Notes: generated by a model not told the origin, from the sequence alone. DNA of 64,000 nucleotides from Candidatus Heimdallarchaeota archaeon (GCA_030603365.1 JAUVXV010000002.1:384001-448000), one strand, 5' to 3'. Shown: positions 9,123-20,504, numbered from the stretch's first letter. Translations and numbers: made by a program.

Positions 9123-10520
9123 ATGTTAGACATATTAGAGAATGTTATCAACTCTGTAACTCTTACTCCTAAAGATTTTCTAGATATCCGTTATGCTTAT
9201 GCTATGGGGGAATCTTTAACTGTAAGAAATGGTCGATTTGATAGTATAAGTAATCAGACAACTGGAGGCGTAGCCATTAGAGCTTTGATAGACAATGCTT
9301 GGGGTTTCACAACAATAGTTAACACTGATAAGGAATCAATCCTAAAGGCAGCTAATAAAGCAATTAAGATGGCTAAAGCTGGATCAAAATACACTAAACA
9401 AGAAAGAACCATTGGAGACAAATGGGTGTATGAGGGAAGTGGAGCAACAAAACTAGAGATTGATCCAAGAGATATAGATAAAGAGACAAAATTCGAGAAA
9501 ATTGTTAAAACAGAACAAACTGCACGAGAATACTCGGATACAATTGCAGAAGCTTCTGCAACTTATCAGGAATCACATAGTAAAGAATTTGTCGTAAATA
9601 ATCGCGGAACAAAGGTTAGCAATAAAACTCATACAATCAGATTAATGAAAAATGTTGTAGGGAGAGAAGGCACGAAAATGCAAAATGTCTTTGATTCTAT
9701 TGGTGGTGTAGGTGGTTGGGAACTTATAGAGAATTGGAACCCCGAAGAAGAAGGGTTAAAATCAGCAGTATTAGTAGAAAAATTATTGTTAGCCAGAGAA
9801 CCACCATCTGGAAAAATGAATGTAATTATGGACCCTTCACTTACCGGTGTGTTTATCCATGAAGCATTTGGACATGCTTGTGAAGCAGATGGGATTATTG
9901 CAAAAAACTCTATTTTAGAAGGAAAAATAGACCAACGTGTAGGTGTTGAAGGCATTAATGTCTATGACGACCCCACCATTCCCCAATTACGAGGTACTTT
10001 TGAATATGATTCAGAAGGCACAAAAGCTCGAAAGAGAGTTTTAGTGGAAGACGGTATTCTCAAGGAGTACTTCCACACTCTAGAAACAGCAACAACTCTT
10101 GGTATGGAACCAAATGGTTCTGGTAGAGCAATGAATTTCAATGTCACTCCTCAAGCACGTATGGGAAACAGCTACGTTGATGATGGTGATATGAAACTTG
10201 AAGAAATTGCTGAAATGGCAAAAGATGGTGTATATCTAAAAGATTCATACGGTGGTTATGTTGTTCCAGCTAAAGGACAATTCTACTTTACATGCCAACT
10301 AGGATATTATATCGAAAACGGAGAGATTACAGATATGATGGGAAATGTTGGGATGTCGGGTATGACTCTTGAAGTGTTGCAAAATACTTTCGCAATTGGA
10401 GAAAAATGGGATGCTGCTTTTCAAGGGACCTGTGGTAAGGGAGGTCAATGGGTTCCAGTAACGGGTGGTGGTCCTAATCTGGGTGTTTCAGATTTAGTTG
10501 TAGGAGGTACTAAACAATGA
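9123..10520 (+). CDS. tldD: TldD metalloprotease
   Basis: HEAFGHACEAD metal motif, 'DDPT', 'YDSEG', 'RMGN', C-terminal CGKGGQ; ATG at 9123 preferred over TTG at 9075. Confidence 0.93.
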   Translation: MLDILENVINSVTLTPKDFLDIRYAYAMGESLTVRNGRFDSISNQTTGGVAIRALIDNAWGFTTIVNTDKESILKAANKAIKMAKAGSKYTKQERTIGDKWVYEGSGATKLEIDPRDIDKETKFEKIVKTEQTAREYSDTIAEASATYQESHSKEFVVNNRGTKVSNKTHTIRLMKNVVGREGTKMQNVFDSIGGVGGWELIENWNPEEEGLKSAVLVEKLLLAREPPSGKMNVIMDPSLTGVFIHEAFGHACEADGIIAKNSILEGKIDQRVGVEGINVYDDPTIPQLRGTFEYDSEGTKARKRVLVEDGILKEYFHTLETATTLGMEPNGSGRAMNFNVTPQARMGNSYVDDGDMKLEEIAEMAKDGVYLKDSYGGYVVPAKGQFYFTCQLGYYIENGEITDMMGNVGMSGMTLEVLQNTFAIGEKWDAAFQGTCGKGGQWVPVTGGGPNLGVSDLVVGGTKQ

Positions 10521-11866
10521 CATCAAAAGAAGACTTACATGAATTAGCAGAATACATTGTAAAGCATGGATTATCACTAGGTGCTGATCAAGTTGAAGCA
10601 TATACATTATACGGCTCCGCAAAGAGTGTTCAAGTAGAACGAGGTTCTATCAGAAAGTTTACAGATGTCAGTAATTCAGGTTTAGGGATTCGAATAATTA
10701 AAGACAAGTCAATAGGAATGGCTTCCACAACAATTTTCACAACAGAAAGTATTGAAAATTGTGTCAAAAATGCTTATTCTCTAGCTAAAGTAAGTCCTCC
10801 TGACCCTAACTTTGATTCTCTTCCTTTTGATGACAAACCATCTCCAGAAATTCCAGGAAGACATGATCAAGCTATCATTGATTTAGATGTAGAAGAGTTT
10901 ACAGAACTTATACTACAATCTATTCAAGAGGCTCAAATTCACGAGAATGCTGTAATTGGAGGTAACTTTACAACAGGACATGGAGTACGATATATTGTTA
11001 ATTCTCTTGGTATAGACCGAACTTCATCACAGACATCTGTTAGTGGTTATCTTGGAGTGAAAATAGCAGAAGGTGAGGATATTGGTAACGCTTATTATTA
11101 CGATGCTGCAACTGCTCTCTCTAATTTCAAGCATCTAAAAATTGGCAATGTAGCTGGAGAAAGAGCTAAGAAAATGCTAGGGTCTAAGAAAATAGAGACA
11201 GCATCTTTACCTGTTCTTCTTGATCCTGATAGTACCTATGGTACTGTTGAACCAATTCTTTCTAATGGAATTAATGCTCTAAGTGTCTTTAATAGAACAG
11301 CGTTCTTCGTTGATAAAATCGGAGATTCAATAGCAAGTGAAAAGCTAAACATTACAGATGACCCCTTCTATCCTGGAGGAACTGATTCATCACCATTTGA
11401 TGATGAAGGTGTCGTTCCTAAGAAATTAAATTTGATAGAAAATGGAATGCTCCAAACTTATATTACTGATTCCTATACTGCACCTTTAGTAGGTTTAGAA
11501 AATACTGGACATGCATCAAGGGGATCATTTGCATCAAGACCTCGACCTGCTCCTTATACACTTAGCATTAAACCTGGAACAACCTCAAAAGATAGTCTAT
11601 TGTCTGATATGAAAGAAGGAGTATTGATGATAGCTTCTCCTTTACATTCAAGTGGTAATAATCCTCAAATCTCAGCACAAATCAATCAAGGTTTCCTTGT
11701 GAAGAATGGTGAGATACTGCATCCAATAAAGAATGCTGTTATTGGTTGTACTGTTTTTGATGTTTATCAAAAAATAGATGATTTAAGCAAGGAAACAGAA
11801 AATCGAAGTGGTCATGAAGCTCCTTGGATGTTACTAGAGGAACTTCAAGTAAGTGGAGGAAAATAA
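10517..11866 (+). CDS. pmbA: TldE/PmbA protein
   Basis: Overlaps tldD stop (ATGA); 'DDP', 'FDDEG', 'TGHA.R'; no HExxH. Confidence 0.9.
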   Translation: MTSKEDLHELAEYIVKHGLSLGADQVEAYTLYGSAKSVQVERGSIRKFTDVSNSGLGIRIIKDKSIGMASTTIFTTESIENCVKNAYSLAKVSPPDPNFDSLPFDDKPSPEIPGRHDQAIIDLDVEEFTELILQSIQEAQIHENAVIGGNFTTGHGVRYIVNSLGIDRTSSQTSVSGYLGVKIAEGEDIGNAYYYDAATALSNFKHLKIGNVAGERAKKMLGSKKIETASLPVLLDPDSTYGTVEPILSNGINALSVFNRTAFFVDKIGDSIASEKLNITDDPFYPGGTDSSPFDDEGVVPKKLNLIENGMLQTYITDSYTAPLVGLENTGHASRGSFASRPRPAPYTLSIKPGTTSKDSLLSDMKEGVLMIASPLHSSGNNPQISAQINQGFLVKNGEILHPIKNAVIGCTVFDVYQKIDDLSKETENRSGHEAPWMLLEELQVSGGK

Positions 11867-11937
11867 TCCACTTTCCATTCTTTATTTTTCTAAAACACAT
11901 CAAAAGATTTATTGATATTGTATTATAACCAAATTTC

Positions 11938-12822
11938 ATGCCCAAAATCAGCTTAACTGCTATTGCTAACATACTCTCAATTGGGGTTAATGCATTACTT
12001 GTCATTTTAAAGCTGGTTATAGGATTTTTATTTAATTCAATAAGTCTAATCGCAGATGGTTTTGATTCTGTTCTTGATGTTGTCTCTGCAACTTTTGCAG
12101 GAGCTGGAGAAAGAATCAGTAGAAAACCACCAGATGAATCACATCCTTTTGGTCATCAGAAATACCAACTTATTTCAAGTTTAGTAATTGCTTTTACTAT
12201 GTTTGTTTCATCGTATTTTATAGCAGAAGAATCTATAAGCCGTTTAATTGTGGGTGAATCATATAATTTTGAGATTTTGGTACTTATTGCTGCAATTGTA
12301 TCACTTGTCACAAAACTAGGGATATCTCTAGTTCTTATGAAAATAGGTAAGAAAATTAAATCAACTATTTATATTGCTAATGCGAAAAATTATCGAACAG
12401 ATGCAATTTCCTCAGTTTTTGTAATTATTGCTTTTATTGGTGTAAGTTTTGATGTATGGTGGTTAGATCCTGTATGTGCATTTGTAATTGTAGCCTTAAT
12501 TCTCTTTACAGGATATGAAATCACAAAGATGTCTCTTCCAGAATTACTAGACAAAGGACCTACTCCAGAAATTATTGAAAAATTGAAATCAATAGCATTT
12601 TCATTTCCTGAGATTAAAGATGTTCATATAATCAGATTAAGATCTATTTTTGGTCAATATACAGGAGACTTTCATATCCTAGTGGATCCAGAATTAACTA
12701 TTTTTAGTGCTCATGAAGTTTCTGAAAAAGTTAAAGCAAAACTTGAATCTGAAGGTTCATTTAGAGATTTGTTAATACATATTGAACCTTTTACTCCTGA
12801 AGAGATTTTAGAAGATGGATAA
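11938..12822 (+). CDS. Cation diffusion facilitator (FieF-like)
   Basis: 'SLIADGFDSVLD', 'PPDESHPFGH', C-terminal 'IHIEP'. Confidence 0.92.
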   Translation: MPKISLTAIANILSIGVNALLVILKLVIGFLFNSISLIADGFDSVLDVVSATFAGAGERISRKPPDESHPFGHQKYQLISSLVIAFTMFVSSYFIAEESISRLIVGESYNFEILVLIAAIVSLVTKLGISLVLMKIGKKIKSTIYIANAKNYRTDAISSVFVIIAFIGVSFDVWWLDPVCAFVIVALILFTGYEITKMSLPELLDKGPTPEIIEKLKSIAFSFPEIKDVHIIRLRSIFGQYTGDFHILVDPELTIFSAHEVSEKVKAKLESEGSFRDLLIHIEPFTPEEILEDG

Positions 12823-13311
12823 TTATTCTTCAGTTAAGGATCTATTTTTTCTTTTCCAAGCAGTTAAGATTAAACTAAGCTCTCCTCCATGGTGGTTCAA
12901 ATGCTGAATATATTCAAATAACCAATCTTCAACAGATATACTATATTCCTTGTAAGATCTTGCTTCATTTAATTGAACATCTGTAATTTTGCTTAATTTT
13001 TCTTCTGCTTCAGATACTAAATCATCATAACCTTCTATCAAATCATCTAGATTTAGTCCTTCAGGTTTTGCCTTAAGATGATAACCTTCTTCTTTATTGT
13101 TTAGAATTACATTTACTATCCACATTTGGTCATGTATTAGATGCTCTATTATCCATCCTGCTGAATATAATGAATCGTGAACTTTCCAAGTCAAAATATC
13201 TTCAGGTAGATGTGTTAAGAATTCACGAAATGCTTCATGCGATCGTTCTATCATCTCGAGATAAAATTGTGATTTTTGGTTTGAAGTCATAGTTGTTAAC
13301 CGAAAAGACAT
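12823..13311 (-). CDS. DinB-family protein
   Basis: 'SAGWIIEHL' and 'QHLNHHGGEL' His motifs. Confidence 0.8.
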   Translation of the reverse strand: MSFRLTTMTSNQKSQFYLEMIERSHEAFREFLTHLPEDILTWKVHDSLYSAGWIIEHLIHDQMWIVNVILNNKEEGYHLKAKPEGLNLDDLIEGYDDLVSEAEEKLSKITDVQLNEARSYKEYSISVEDWLFEYIQHLNHHGGELSLILTAWKRKNRSLTEE

Positions 13312-13395
13312 CTTCTATTTAAGATATATTATGTGTAAAAATTTCTTTGTTTTCTGCTGAAAGATTTTTATTTATCATATTCCACATAATGTTGG

Positions 13396-14751
13396 ATGAA
13401 AAGTCTGAGCATAAATACTGATATTCTTATTGTAGGTGCTGGCCCTGCAGGAGTTAGTTTAGCTATTAATCTTGGAAAGAGAGATATATCAGCAATTGTT
13501 GTTGATCAAAAGATTAAGGAAAATATAGGTTACAAACCTTGTGGGGATGCATTATCACCAAATTCTACAAGAAGACTCTATGAATATTCTGGAATAAAAC
13601 AACCATATGATAATGAAATTTCTGAAAACTTAGAAACAGCTCATTTTCGTCCTGTCAGCGATTTCGAGTTATCCCTTGAATTCAAGTCACAAACAGTTGA
13701 TCGCTTGAAATATGGACAACGGCTTTTAGAATCTCTTGAAGATTATTCATCGTTAGAAGTTAAAACTGAACATAAAGTTGTTGGCACAATAATCAACAAA
13801 AATCAAGTTGTTGGATGTAAGGTTAGACAAAAAAATGGTAAACTAATCGATATTTATGCAAAAATAGTCGTTGATTGTTCTGGTGTGACAGGAATTGTTC
13901 GAAGAGGAATCCCTGATTCAACATGTGATAAATTCCCAAAAGTATTGAAGAAAACAGAAACGATTGTCTCTTACAGAGAGATTATAGAAACACCTAACGC
14001 TCATAATTATCAAAAACAAATGAGAATTGAATATCACGATGAGATGCCACCTCCAGGATATTTCTGGATTTTTTCCAAAGGAGAAAAACAGCTGAATGTA
14101 GGAGTAGGATGGTTACTCAGCGATAGGAACAAAAATGAAAATGTCAAGAAAATTCATGAAACCATTAGAAAGAAGATTTTCCCAGATGCTAAAGTAGTGG
14201 ATCGAGCAGGAGACACCCTATCTGGCAGATTACCACTATATTCAATGGTTTGTGATGGTTTTTTAACCTGTGGAGATGCTGCTACACTTGTTAATCCAAT
14301 TAGTGGTGAAGGCCATGGTCCAGCCTTATTAAGTGCATATTATGCTTCTGAGGTATTAGAAAAAGCAATTAGAAATGAAGATTATAGCGAAAAAGCTCTT
14401 TGGGACTACAATGTTAAAATATGGCATGAGTATGGTTACGATGGGGGCTTGGGGATAGCAGTTCATAAGCTTCTAAATGCAGTACCCTTCAGTGATTTTT
14501 CATTTTTATTTGAGAAAGGTATTATTTCACAAGATGATGTAGATGCTATAATGGGTTCTTACTCAGTCAAATTACCTATCTTTCAAAAGATATTGAAAGG
14601 ATTAAGAAAACCTAAATTACTTCTAAAAGTAGCAAAAGGATTGTTACTTGCTGAGAGAATCAAGAAATTATCCATGAAATATCCTCCAAATCCAAAGCGA
14701 TTTACCAAATGGAAAGAAAAAATCAAAAAGATGGAAAAGAAAAAAATCTAA
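13396..14751 (+). CDS. Geranylgeranyl reductase family FAD oxidoreductase
   Basis: GAGPAG, KPCGD, GYFWIF, GDAA..VNPISGEG. Confidence 0.9.
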   Translation: MKSLSINTDILIVGAGPAGVSLAINLGKRDISAIVVDQKIKENIGYKPCGDALSPNSTRRLYEYSGIKQPYDNEISENLETAHFRPVSDFELSLEFKSQTVDRLKYGQRLLESLEDYSSLEVKTEHKVVGTIINKNQVVGCKVRQKNGKLIDIYAKIVVDCSGVTGIVRRGIPDSTCDKFPKVLKKTETIVSYREIIETPNAHNYQKQMRIEYHDEMPPPGYFWIFSKGEKQLNVGVGWLLSDRNKNENVKKIHETIRKKIFPDAKVVDRAGDTLSGRLPLYSMVCDGFLTCGDAATLVNPISGEGHGPALLSAYYASEVLEKAIRNEDYSEKALWDYNVKIWHEYGYDGGLGIAVHKLLNAVPFSDFSFLFEKGIISQDDVDAIMGSYSVKLPIFQKILKGLRKPKLLLKVAKGLLLAERIKKLSMKYPPNPKRFTKWKEKIKKMEKKKI

Positions 14752-16619
14752 TCTGAAATGACTCTACCATCTCCAATTTTAATTAGTTTGTCACATGTAT
14801 TAGCCATTTCTAAATCATGTGTAACCAAAATTACTGCAGTTCCTTTTTCTTTTGAGAATCTACTAATTAAATCTATAACAATTTTCCCAGTAAGAGAGTC
14901 TAAATCACCTGTTGGTTCATCAGCAAAAAGAACAGCAGGGTTATTAATCATGGCTCTAGCAATGGTGACTCGTTGCATCTGACCACCTGATAACTTAATT
15001 GGAAATTGGTTCTGAAATCTTTCAAGATCTACTTCCTTAATTAGTTCCAGAGCTCTTTTTCTTACTTTTCTTCTAGGTTCGCCGACCATTAAGCCAGGAA
15101 GCATAACATTTTCTAGAACAGTCAGTTGAGGGACGAGATTATAGTATTGAAAAATGAACCCCATATTCTTTCTTCTAAACATGGAAACAGCAGAATCAGT
15201 CATAGTATCAATGTTCCTACCTAGAAGGAAGACAGCTCCTCTACTAGGTGTATCGAGACCAGAAAGTAGATTTAGTAAAGTTGTTTTACCACTTCCACTT
15301 GGTCCAACTATAGCTACCATTTCTCCCTTTTTTATATCTATATCAACTCCTCTTAGAGCATAAACGGTAGAACCAACTAAACGATATGTTTTGAATAATG
15401 AAACTCCTTTGAGGATTATATCTTCTTTAACATCTATAGTTTCTTGTTTCTCTATATCAAATTCAGTTGGTATTGATTGAAAGTAAGCTAAATCACGGAA
15501 TTTATCTGCGAAATATTTCATTAATTGAATTTCTGTTAGAATTTGTACAAAAATATGAGATAGCAGATCTATTCTATCTATTTCTTTTTCTGGTAGTTCT
15601 TTGAATTTGTTGATAATATTCAATAAGGATTGATAGAGATTCTTAACCTTAATTTGTAAGTTGTTTAAGCGAAGAGTTTGCTCATCACATTTAGTTACTG
15701 TGTCAACTAACATTAGATAATCCATCAATGGATTATAATCTAATTTTTTTACATCATATGTAAGTTCAATTTTCACCTCAGATATTCTTTTCAATTGCTT
15801 AAGAAGAATTCCGATTGATTGTTGTGTCGATGATAACAAACCGAATATTACGCGAAGTGTTCTCCAAAGCTTATTGCTCATTTGTTCTTCGAGAAGTCTT
15901 ACTTTCTCTTTATCTAGAAGCAAATTTTCTAATATCTGAATTGCTTCTTCGTTAGAAGATAAAATAGGCTGGAGATTTGCTGAACAAGCTTTCCCAAATT
16001 GTGCTATTAATAGATTTTCTGCAATTAACCTTAAAGGCATATTTTGTTTTTTATCACTAATATCTCTTTTCAATATTAGATCTGGAAACATAATAATATC
16101 AGGAAAGTCATCAGGAAAATCCCAAATTATAATAAAACTATTGAGAAGTACTCCGCTAACTCTTTCAATAACGCTAGTGGCTATAGAATCTTTACTTTCT
16201 TCAATATCCTGAATTATCTCTTTAGCTTTGTCAGTTCCTGAGCTTAAAACTAGTTGATTTAGCATCTTAGCTATATCTTTTATTTCAATGTTTTTCCCTA
16301 TTTCCTTTGAATAATTGTCACATTCTTTGTTACAGTAATTCTTTATGATCATTTCTAATTGATTAATTACAGATTTTCTTTGTTCATCTGATTCTACCAA
16401 ATGTAAAGGTACATTACACCTAATGAATAGAAAGGTATTAACTTCTAGTACTTCAAAAGAGTCCATTCTTAAAGAAGATATGATTTTTGACAAAAATCTC
16501 TTGATTTTTCTAATTAGAGTATTCAAAGAATCTCTATTTAGTTTATTTATGAGAACTCCAATAGTTAATTCTACGATAGTATCTTGACTGTGTTCTGTTT
16601 CTTGTATTATTGCAGTCAT
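14748..16619 (-). CDS. LolD/MacB-type ABC ATPase fused to about 395-aa N-terminal domain of unknown function
   Basis: GPSGSGKTT, LSGGQ, FADEPTG, VTHD in the C-terminal ~225 aa. Confidence 0.9.
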   Translation of the reverse strand: MTAIIQETEHSQDTIVELTIGVLINKLNRDSLNTLIRKIKRFLSKIISSLRMDSFEVLEVNTFLFIRCNVPLHLVESDEQRKSVINQLEMIIKNYCNKECDNYSKEIGKNIEIKDIAKMLNQLVLSSGTDKAKEIIQDIEESKDSIATSVIERVSGVLLNSFIIIWDFPDDFPDIIMFPDLILKRDISDKKQNMPLRLIAENLLIAQFGKACSANLQPILSSNEEAIQILENLLLDKEKVRLLEEQMSNKLWRTLRVIFGLLSSTQQSIGILLKQLKRISEVKIELTYDVKKLDYNPLMDYLMLVDTVTKCDEQTLRLNNLQIKVKNLYQSLLNIINKFKELPEKEIDRIDLLSHIFVQILTEIQLMKYFADKFRDLAYFQSIPTEFDIEKQETIDVKEDIILKGVSLFKTYRLVGSTVYALRGVDIDIKKGEMVAIVGPSGSGKTTLLNLLSGLDTPSRGAVFLLGRNIDTMTDSAVSMFRRKNMGFIFQYYNLVPQLTVLENVMLPGLMVGEPRRKVRKRALELIKEVDLERFQNQFPIKLSGGQMQRVTIARAMINNPAVLFADEPTGDLDSLTGKIVIDLISRFSKEKGTAVILVTHDLEMANTCDKLIKIGDGRVISD

Positions 16620-17317
16620 TTTTTCACAACTCCACTATCAACAATTTCACCGTCAACAATTCTAATTGTTCTGTGACAGAATGAGGCAATATGTTCAGAG
16701 TGAGTAACTACAAGGAACGTTTGTTGATAATTCTCATTGATTGAAACGAAGAGATTCATTATTTCTGTTGAAGTGTCTCGATCCAAATCTCCAGTAGGTT
16801 CATCTCCAAGAATAATTGCAGGATTCATTAAAAGAGCTCGAGAAACTGCAACTCTTTGCTGTTCTCCTCCACTAAGTTCGTTAGGTAAGTGGAAAATTTT
16901 ATCTCCTAAACCCATCTGCCTTAACATCATCTTTGCCTCCTCTTCAGCTTCTAACCTAGTCGTATTAGTCAAGAGTAAGGGTAAGACAGTGTTATCTAGT
17001 GCTGATAGAAATTCAAAGAGATTGAAGAGCTGAAAGATATATCCGATATTATGCAGACGAAATTCTGTCATTTCAATATCAGCTAATTCACTAATATCTT
17101 GTCCTTGAATGAAAATTTCTCCTTTAGTAGGCTGATCAATTCCTCCTAATAGATTCAGAAGAGTGGTTTTACCACAACCTGATGGTCCCATAATCGCTAC
17201 CATTTCTCCTTTTTTAATTTCTATATCTAAGCCCTTGAGTGCATGAACTTCCATAGAAGAATCTTCAGCGTAAATCTTATGCAGATTATTTGTTTTCAGT
17301 ACTATTTCATCACTCAT
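16616..17317 (-). CDS. LolD/MacB-type ABC ATPase
   Basis: [22 protein letters not shown]. Confidence 0.95.
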   Translation of the reverse strand: MSDEIVLKTNNLHKIYAEDSSMEVHALKGLDIEIKKGEMVAIMGPSGCGKTTLLNLLGGIDQPTKGEIFIQGQDISELADIEMTEFRLHNIGYIFQLFNLFEFLSALDNTVLPLLLTNTTRLEAEEEAKMMLRQMGLGDKIFHLPNELSGGEQQRVAVSRALLMNPAIILGDEPTGDLDRDTSTEIMNLFVSINENYQQTFLVVTHSEHIASFCHRTIRIVDGEIVDSGVVKK

Positions 17318-17321
17318 TATA

Positions 17322-20300
17322 TCACCCTACATACCTTATAGCTTCTGCTGGAGTAATCTGGCTAGATCTTATACCTGGTAATATCGACGCTGCTAAAGCT
17401 ATCCCTACCATTATACCTGTATAAAGTAACAGCTTAGTTATTGGTACAACCAACCTCCAACTATAGATGTTTGAGAATGCCCATCCAAGAACTAGGCTGT
17501 TTATGAATCCCATTAGTAATCCTAGAATAGCTAGTATGAATAATTCTAACATAATTGATCCTATAATCTGCCGTTTCTTGAATCCTATAGCTCTCATCAT
17601 TCCTATTTCTCTTCTTCTTTCAGACACGTTTCTCATGGCAATAATAATCATCCCTAAGGCTCCAACAACTAATCCAAAACCTACAAAGTATTCAAGGAAA
17701 GCAAATGTTTTAACTTGAAAGTCGACTAACTGTAACATTTCATCCCAATACGCATCTGCATCTGCAGCAACAAAATCTTCATTTTTGACAAAAGTTGAAT
17801 TAATTCCATTAAAGAATTCCTCTATTTCTTCTGAAATTTCATAATTTTTATTGTCTCTGAAGTCTTCTGTTGTTTTCACGAGAAATCTAGTATAGTCAGG
17901 ATACAAAGCAAAATTTTCTCTCAATATTGGCATAAAATCTGGAGTTATCAACAATCCAGGTAATCTTGATTCGAAGGAAAAGGGGTATTGCATAATTGAA
18001 GCAATAACCATTACTTGTCTTGGTGAATAGGGTCCCAGTCCATGAAAATTGAATATATCTCCTGGTCGAAGTATAGGCGTTGTAGAAATCACTGTTTCAT
18101 ATCCATTCTCATTGTCAATATAACCATCTATGTTGAATTTGGTTCTATTGTAAAAGAAATCCCATATAGTATGACTATATTCTCGTTGGTAAGCCTCTGA
18201 TGCAGCAGGTTTGTATTCATTTGTAAATTGATTAACAGATTGTTCAAAAATGAAATCAAATGTGTAATCAGTTCCATTTTTGAAAGTATTATTGTAAATC
18301 AAATCAATACCTGCAGGTAGGATTTCCGATGGTATTTCAAAATCATACCCTTCTATCGTTGTTATATAAACAATCGTTGAGTTGATTCCTTTCACATAAG
18401 TTATATTTTCATGAACCGATTTAATACCGACTTCAGGATCAACTAAAGACGAATTTGCAACAGGAGTATCTAGTTCAACAAATATTGCAGCTCCGCCACT
18501 GAAAAATTCTGCAGATTCTAATGTATTGTATGAATATGTTGCCTGGTAAATACCAGCAAAAATATTCATGGTTAGAACTAATGCAAAAATCCCGAAAGTT
18601 AGTGTACTTCTTGTTGATTTTGAGGTCATGTATTTACTTGAGATAAGAGATACACCTTTCTTCAATCGAGTCTTGTATAGTAGGTCTCTAAGAGAGTTAG
18701 TGACTGTAGAGAGATTTACACCGACAACAATAATTGAACCTAGCGCTAAAACTACTGCAAGAGTTGCAATTATTCGAGTATTCTCTGTAACTTCCTTCAA
18801 TGATGGTAGTGAGAAGAGAAGCATAACAACAGCAATCCCCATAAATGTTAAACCGATACCATTCCCCATAATTTTCTTAGAGAAAAGATATCCTAACAGT
18901 ATACTAACTCCAATGAAGAATGCTCCAGTTGCACCCATAAACATCCATTGTTCTAATGATGTATCCCAACCATCAGGAACAAAAAACGAACCATAAACTA
19001 GATATTGAGATACATAGATTCCAATTCCTCCTACAATAAAAGTTAATCCTAAACCTAGTGAAAAAGAACCAGTCCTCTTTGGTTTAACTTTCTTTATTCC
19101 TCTGATGACTTCTATAACATCTACTCTTGCAGCTCTTATAGCTGGAAACACACCTGCTCCTACTGACAAAATCAAACCTAGAACTATTGAGTACGTTACC
19201 GCCCCAAACGTTACAGTAGGCTGAAGGATAATAAAACCCTCGAAAAATGTTTGACCAATTTGGTACACTAAGAAGACAGACATTCCATAGCCTCCTGCAA
19301 CTCCTAGAAATGATCCGAAAATACCCAAAACAGTAGATTCTATCAAAAATAATTGAACAATTTCTTTTCTTTTTGAGCCTATAGCTCTCAAAATACCCAA
19401 TTGCTGAATTCTGTCTTCAACCTGTATAAGTTGTATATTAACTAAAAGGAGAATACCAGCAAAAATTATTAGGGCACCAAATAGATTAAAAGCAATCAGT
19501 ACATCCCCTAAAATTTCTTCAGATGCTTCAAGTATTAAAGCACGAAAAGCAATAACAATGAGTCCCTTGGCTTCAGCATCTATTAATATCTTGAGTTCTT
19601 CTTCCACCTGTTTAGCATATTCATTTTCTATTGGATTTTCTTCATGATTTGCACTCAGAGCAATGTTGATATCAGAACACTCATTTGATGAATAACCAAC
19701 AATGGATCTTACATTATCAATACTGGTCCATATAGCTCTTCCCCCAAATTGCTTCCCCTTACCTAAATCACCTATAAAATCAATAATCTTCATATCATAT
19801 GTTTTATATTCATATCTCAAAGTTCCTGTAGTATTCAACTCTGCAATTCTAATTTTAATTATAGACCCTATAGTAACATTTAGATCTTCTTGTAATTCTG
19901 ACCCTAACAAAACATGAGATTCATTTGTGAAATAATTTGTTAATTGTGATTGAGATATCTCTGTTTCATTTTCATAATAGAACTTCCCAAACACTGGATC
20001 TTCATCCAGCTCAACCCCAACAACATTAATACCTTTTTCTAGATCTCCAGTTTCAAGATTATATACTGCTACTTCTTGCATAACTCTCGCATTTATAGCC
20101 GCAAACTCTATTTCTGATGAATTGATTTGGTCAATTATTGCGCTATAATTTTCAATAGGAAAACCAAATCCACTGATGATAATGTCATTTTCTCCTATTG
20201 CTTCCACAAAGAAATCTAAAGCTTCTTCTGTGAAACTTGTAATCGTAATCTGAACTCCCACCATTAATGAAACCCCAAGTGAGATTGCAATTAAAGTACC

Positions 20301-20372
20301 TATGTTCTTTCCGAGTCTTCGTTTGAATGTTTTTCGGAAAAGATTTGTAATATAATTCATAATAGTAACCAT
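17322..20372 (-). CDS. FtsX/MacB-like ABC permease (two FtsX repeats)
   Basis: 'DRIQQLGILRAIG' and 'ERRREIGMMRAIG'; large extracytoplasmic loops; ends 'PAEAIRY'. Confidence 0.92.
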   Translation of the reverse strand: MVTIMNYITNLFRKTFKRRLGKNIGTLIAISLGVSLMVGVQITITSFTEEALDFFVEAIGENDIIISGFGFPIENYSAIIDQINSSEIEFAAINARVMQEVAVYNLETGDLEKGINVVGVELDEDPVFGKFYYENETEISQSQLTNYFTNESHVLLGSELQEDLNVTIGSIIKIRIAELNTTGTLRYEYKTYDMKIIDFIGDLGKGKQFGGRAIWTSIDNVRSIVGYSSNECSDINIALSANHEENPIENEYAKQVEEELKILIDAEAKGLIVIAFRALILEASEEILGDVLIAFNLFGALIIFAGILLLVNIQLIQVEDRIQQLGILRAIGSKRKEIVQLFLIESTVLGIFGSFLGVAGGYGMSVFLVYQIGQTFFEGFIILQPTVTFGAVTYSIVLGLILSVGAGVFPAIRAARVDVIEVIRGIKKVKPKRTGSFSLGLGLTFIVGGIGIYVSQYLVYGSFFVPDGWDTSLEQWMFMGATGAFFIGVSILLGYLFSKKIMGNGIGLTFMGIAVVMLLFSLPSLKEVTENTRIIATLAVVLALGSIIVVGVNLSTVTNSLRDLLYKTRLKKGVSLISSKYMTSKSTRSTLTFGIFALVLTMNIFAGIYQATYSYNTLESAEFFSGGAAIFVELDTPVANSSLVDPEVGIKSVHENITYVKGINSTIVYITTIEGYDFEIPSEILPAGIDLIYNNTFKNGTDYTFDFIFEQSVNQFTNEYKPAASEAYQREYSHTIWDFFYNRTKFNIDGYIDNENGYETVISTTPILRPGDIFNFHGLGPYSPRQVMVIASIMQYPFSFESRLPGLLITPDFMPILRENFALYPDYTRFLVKTTEDFRDNKNYEISEEIEEFFNGINSTFVKNEDFVAADADAYWDEMLQLVDFQVKTFAFLEYFVGFGLVVGALGMIIIAMRNVSERRREIGMMRAIGFKKRQIIGSIMLELFILAILGLLMGFINSLVLGWAFSNIYSWRLVVPITKLLLYTGIMVGIALAASILPGIRSSQITPAEAIRYVG

Positions 20373-20504
20373 TAAACTAAGTATTCAATGAATTTCAGTG
20401 GTTTTTCAAGTATATAAACTGTTATTTTTGTAGAAAATATTTATCAGTAATATGTTATATATTTTAACTAAACATTCTTAAAACAGTAGTTTGGATATTT
20501 AACT

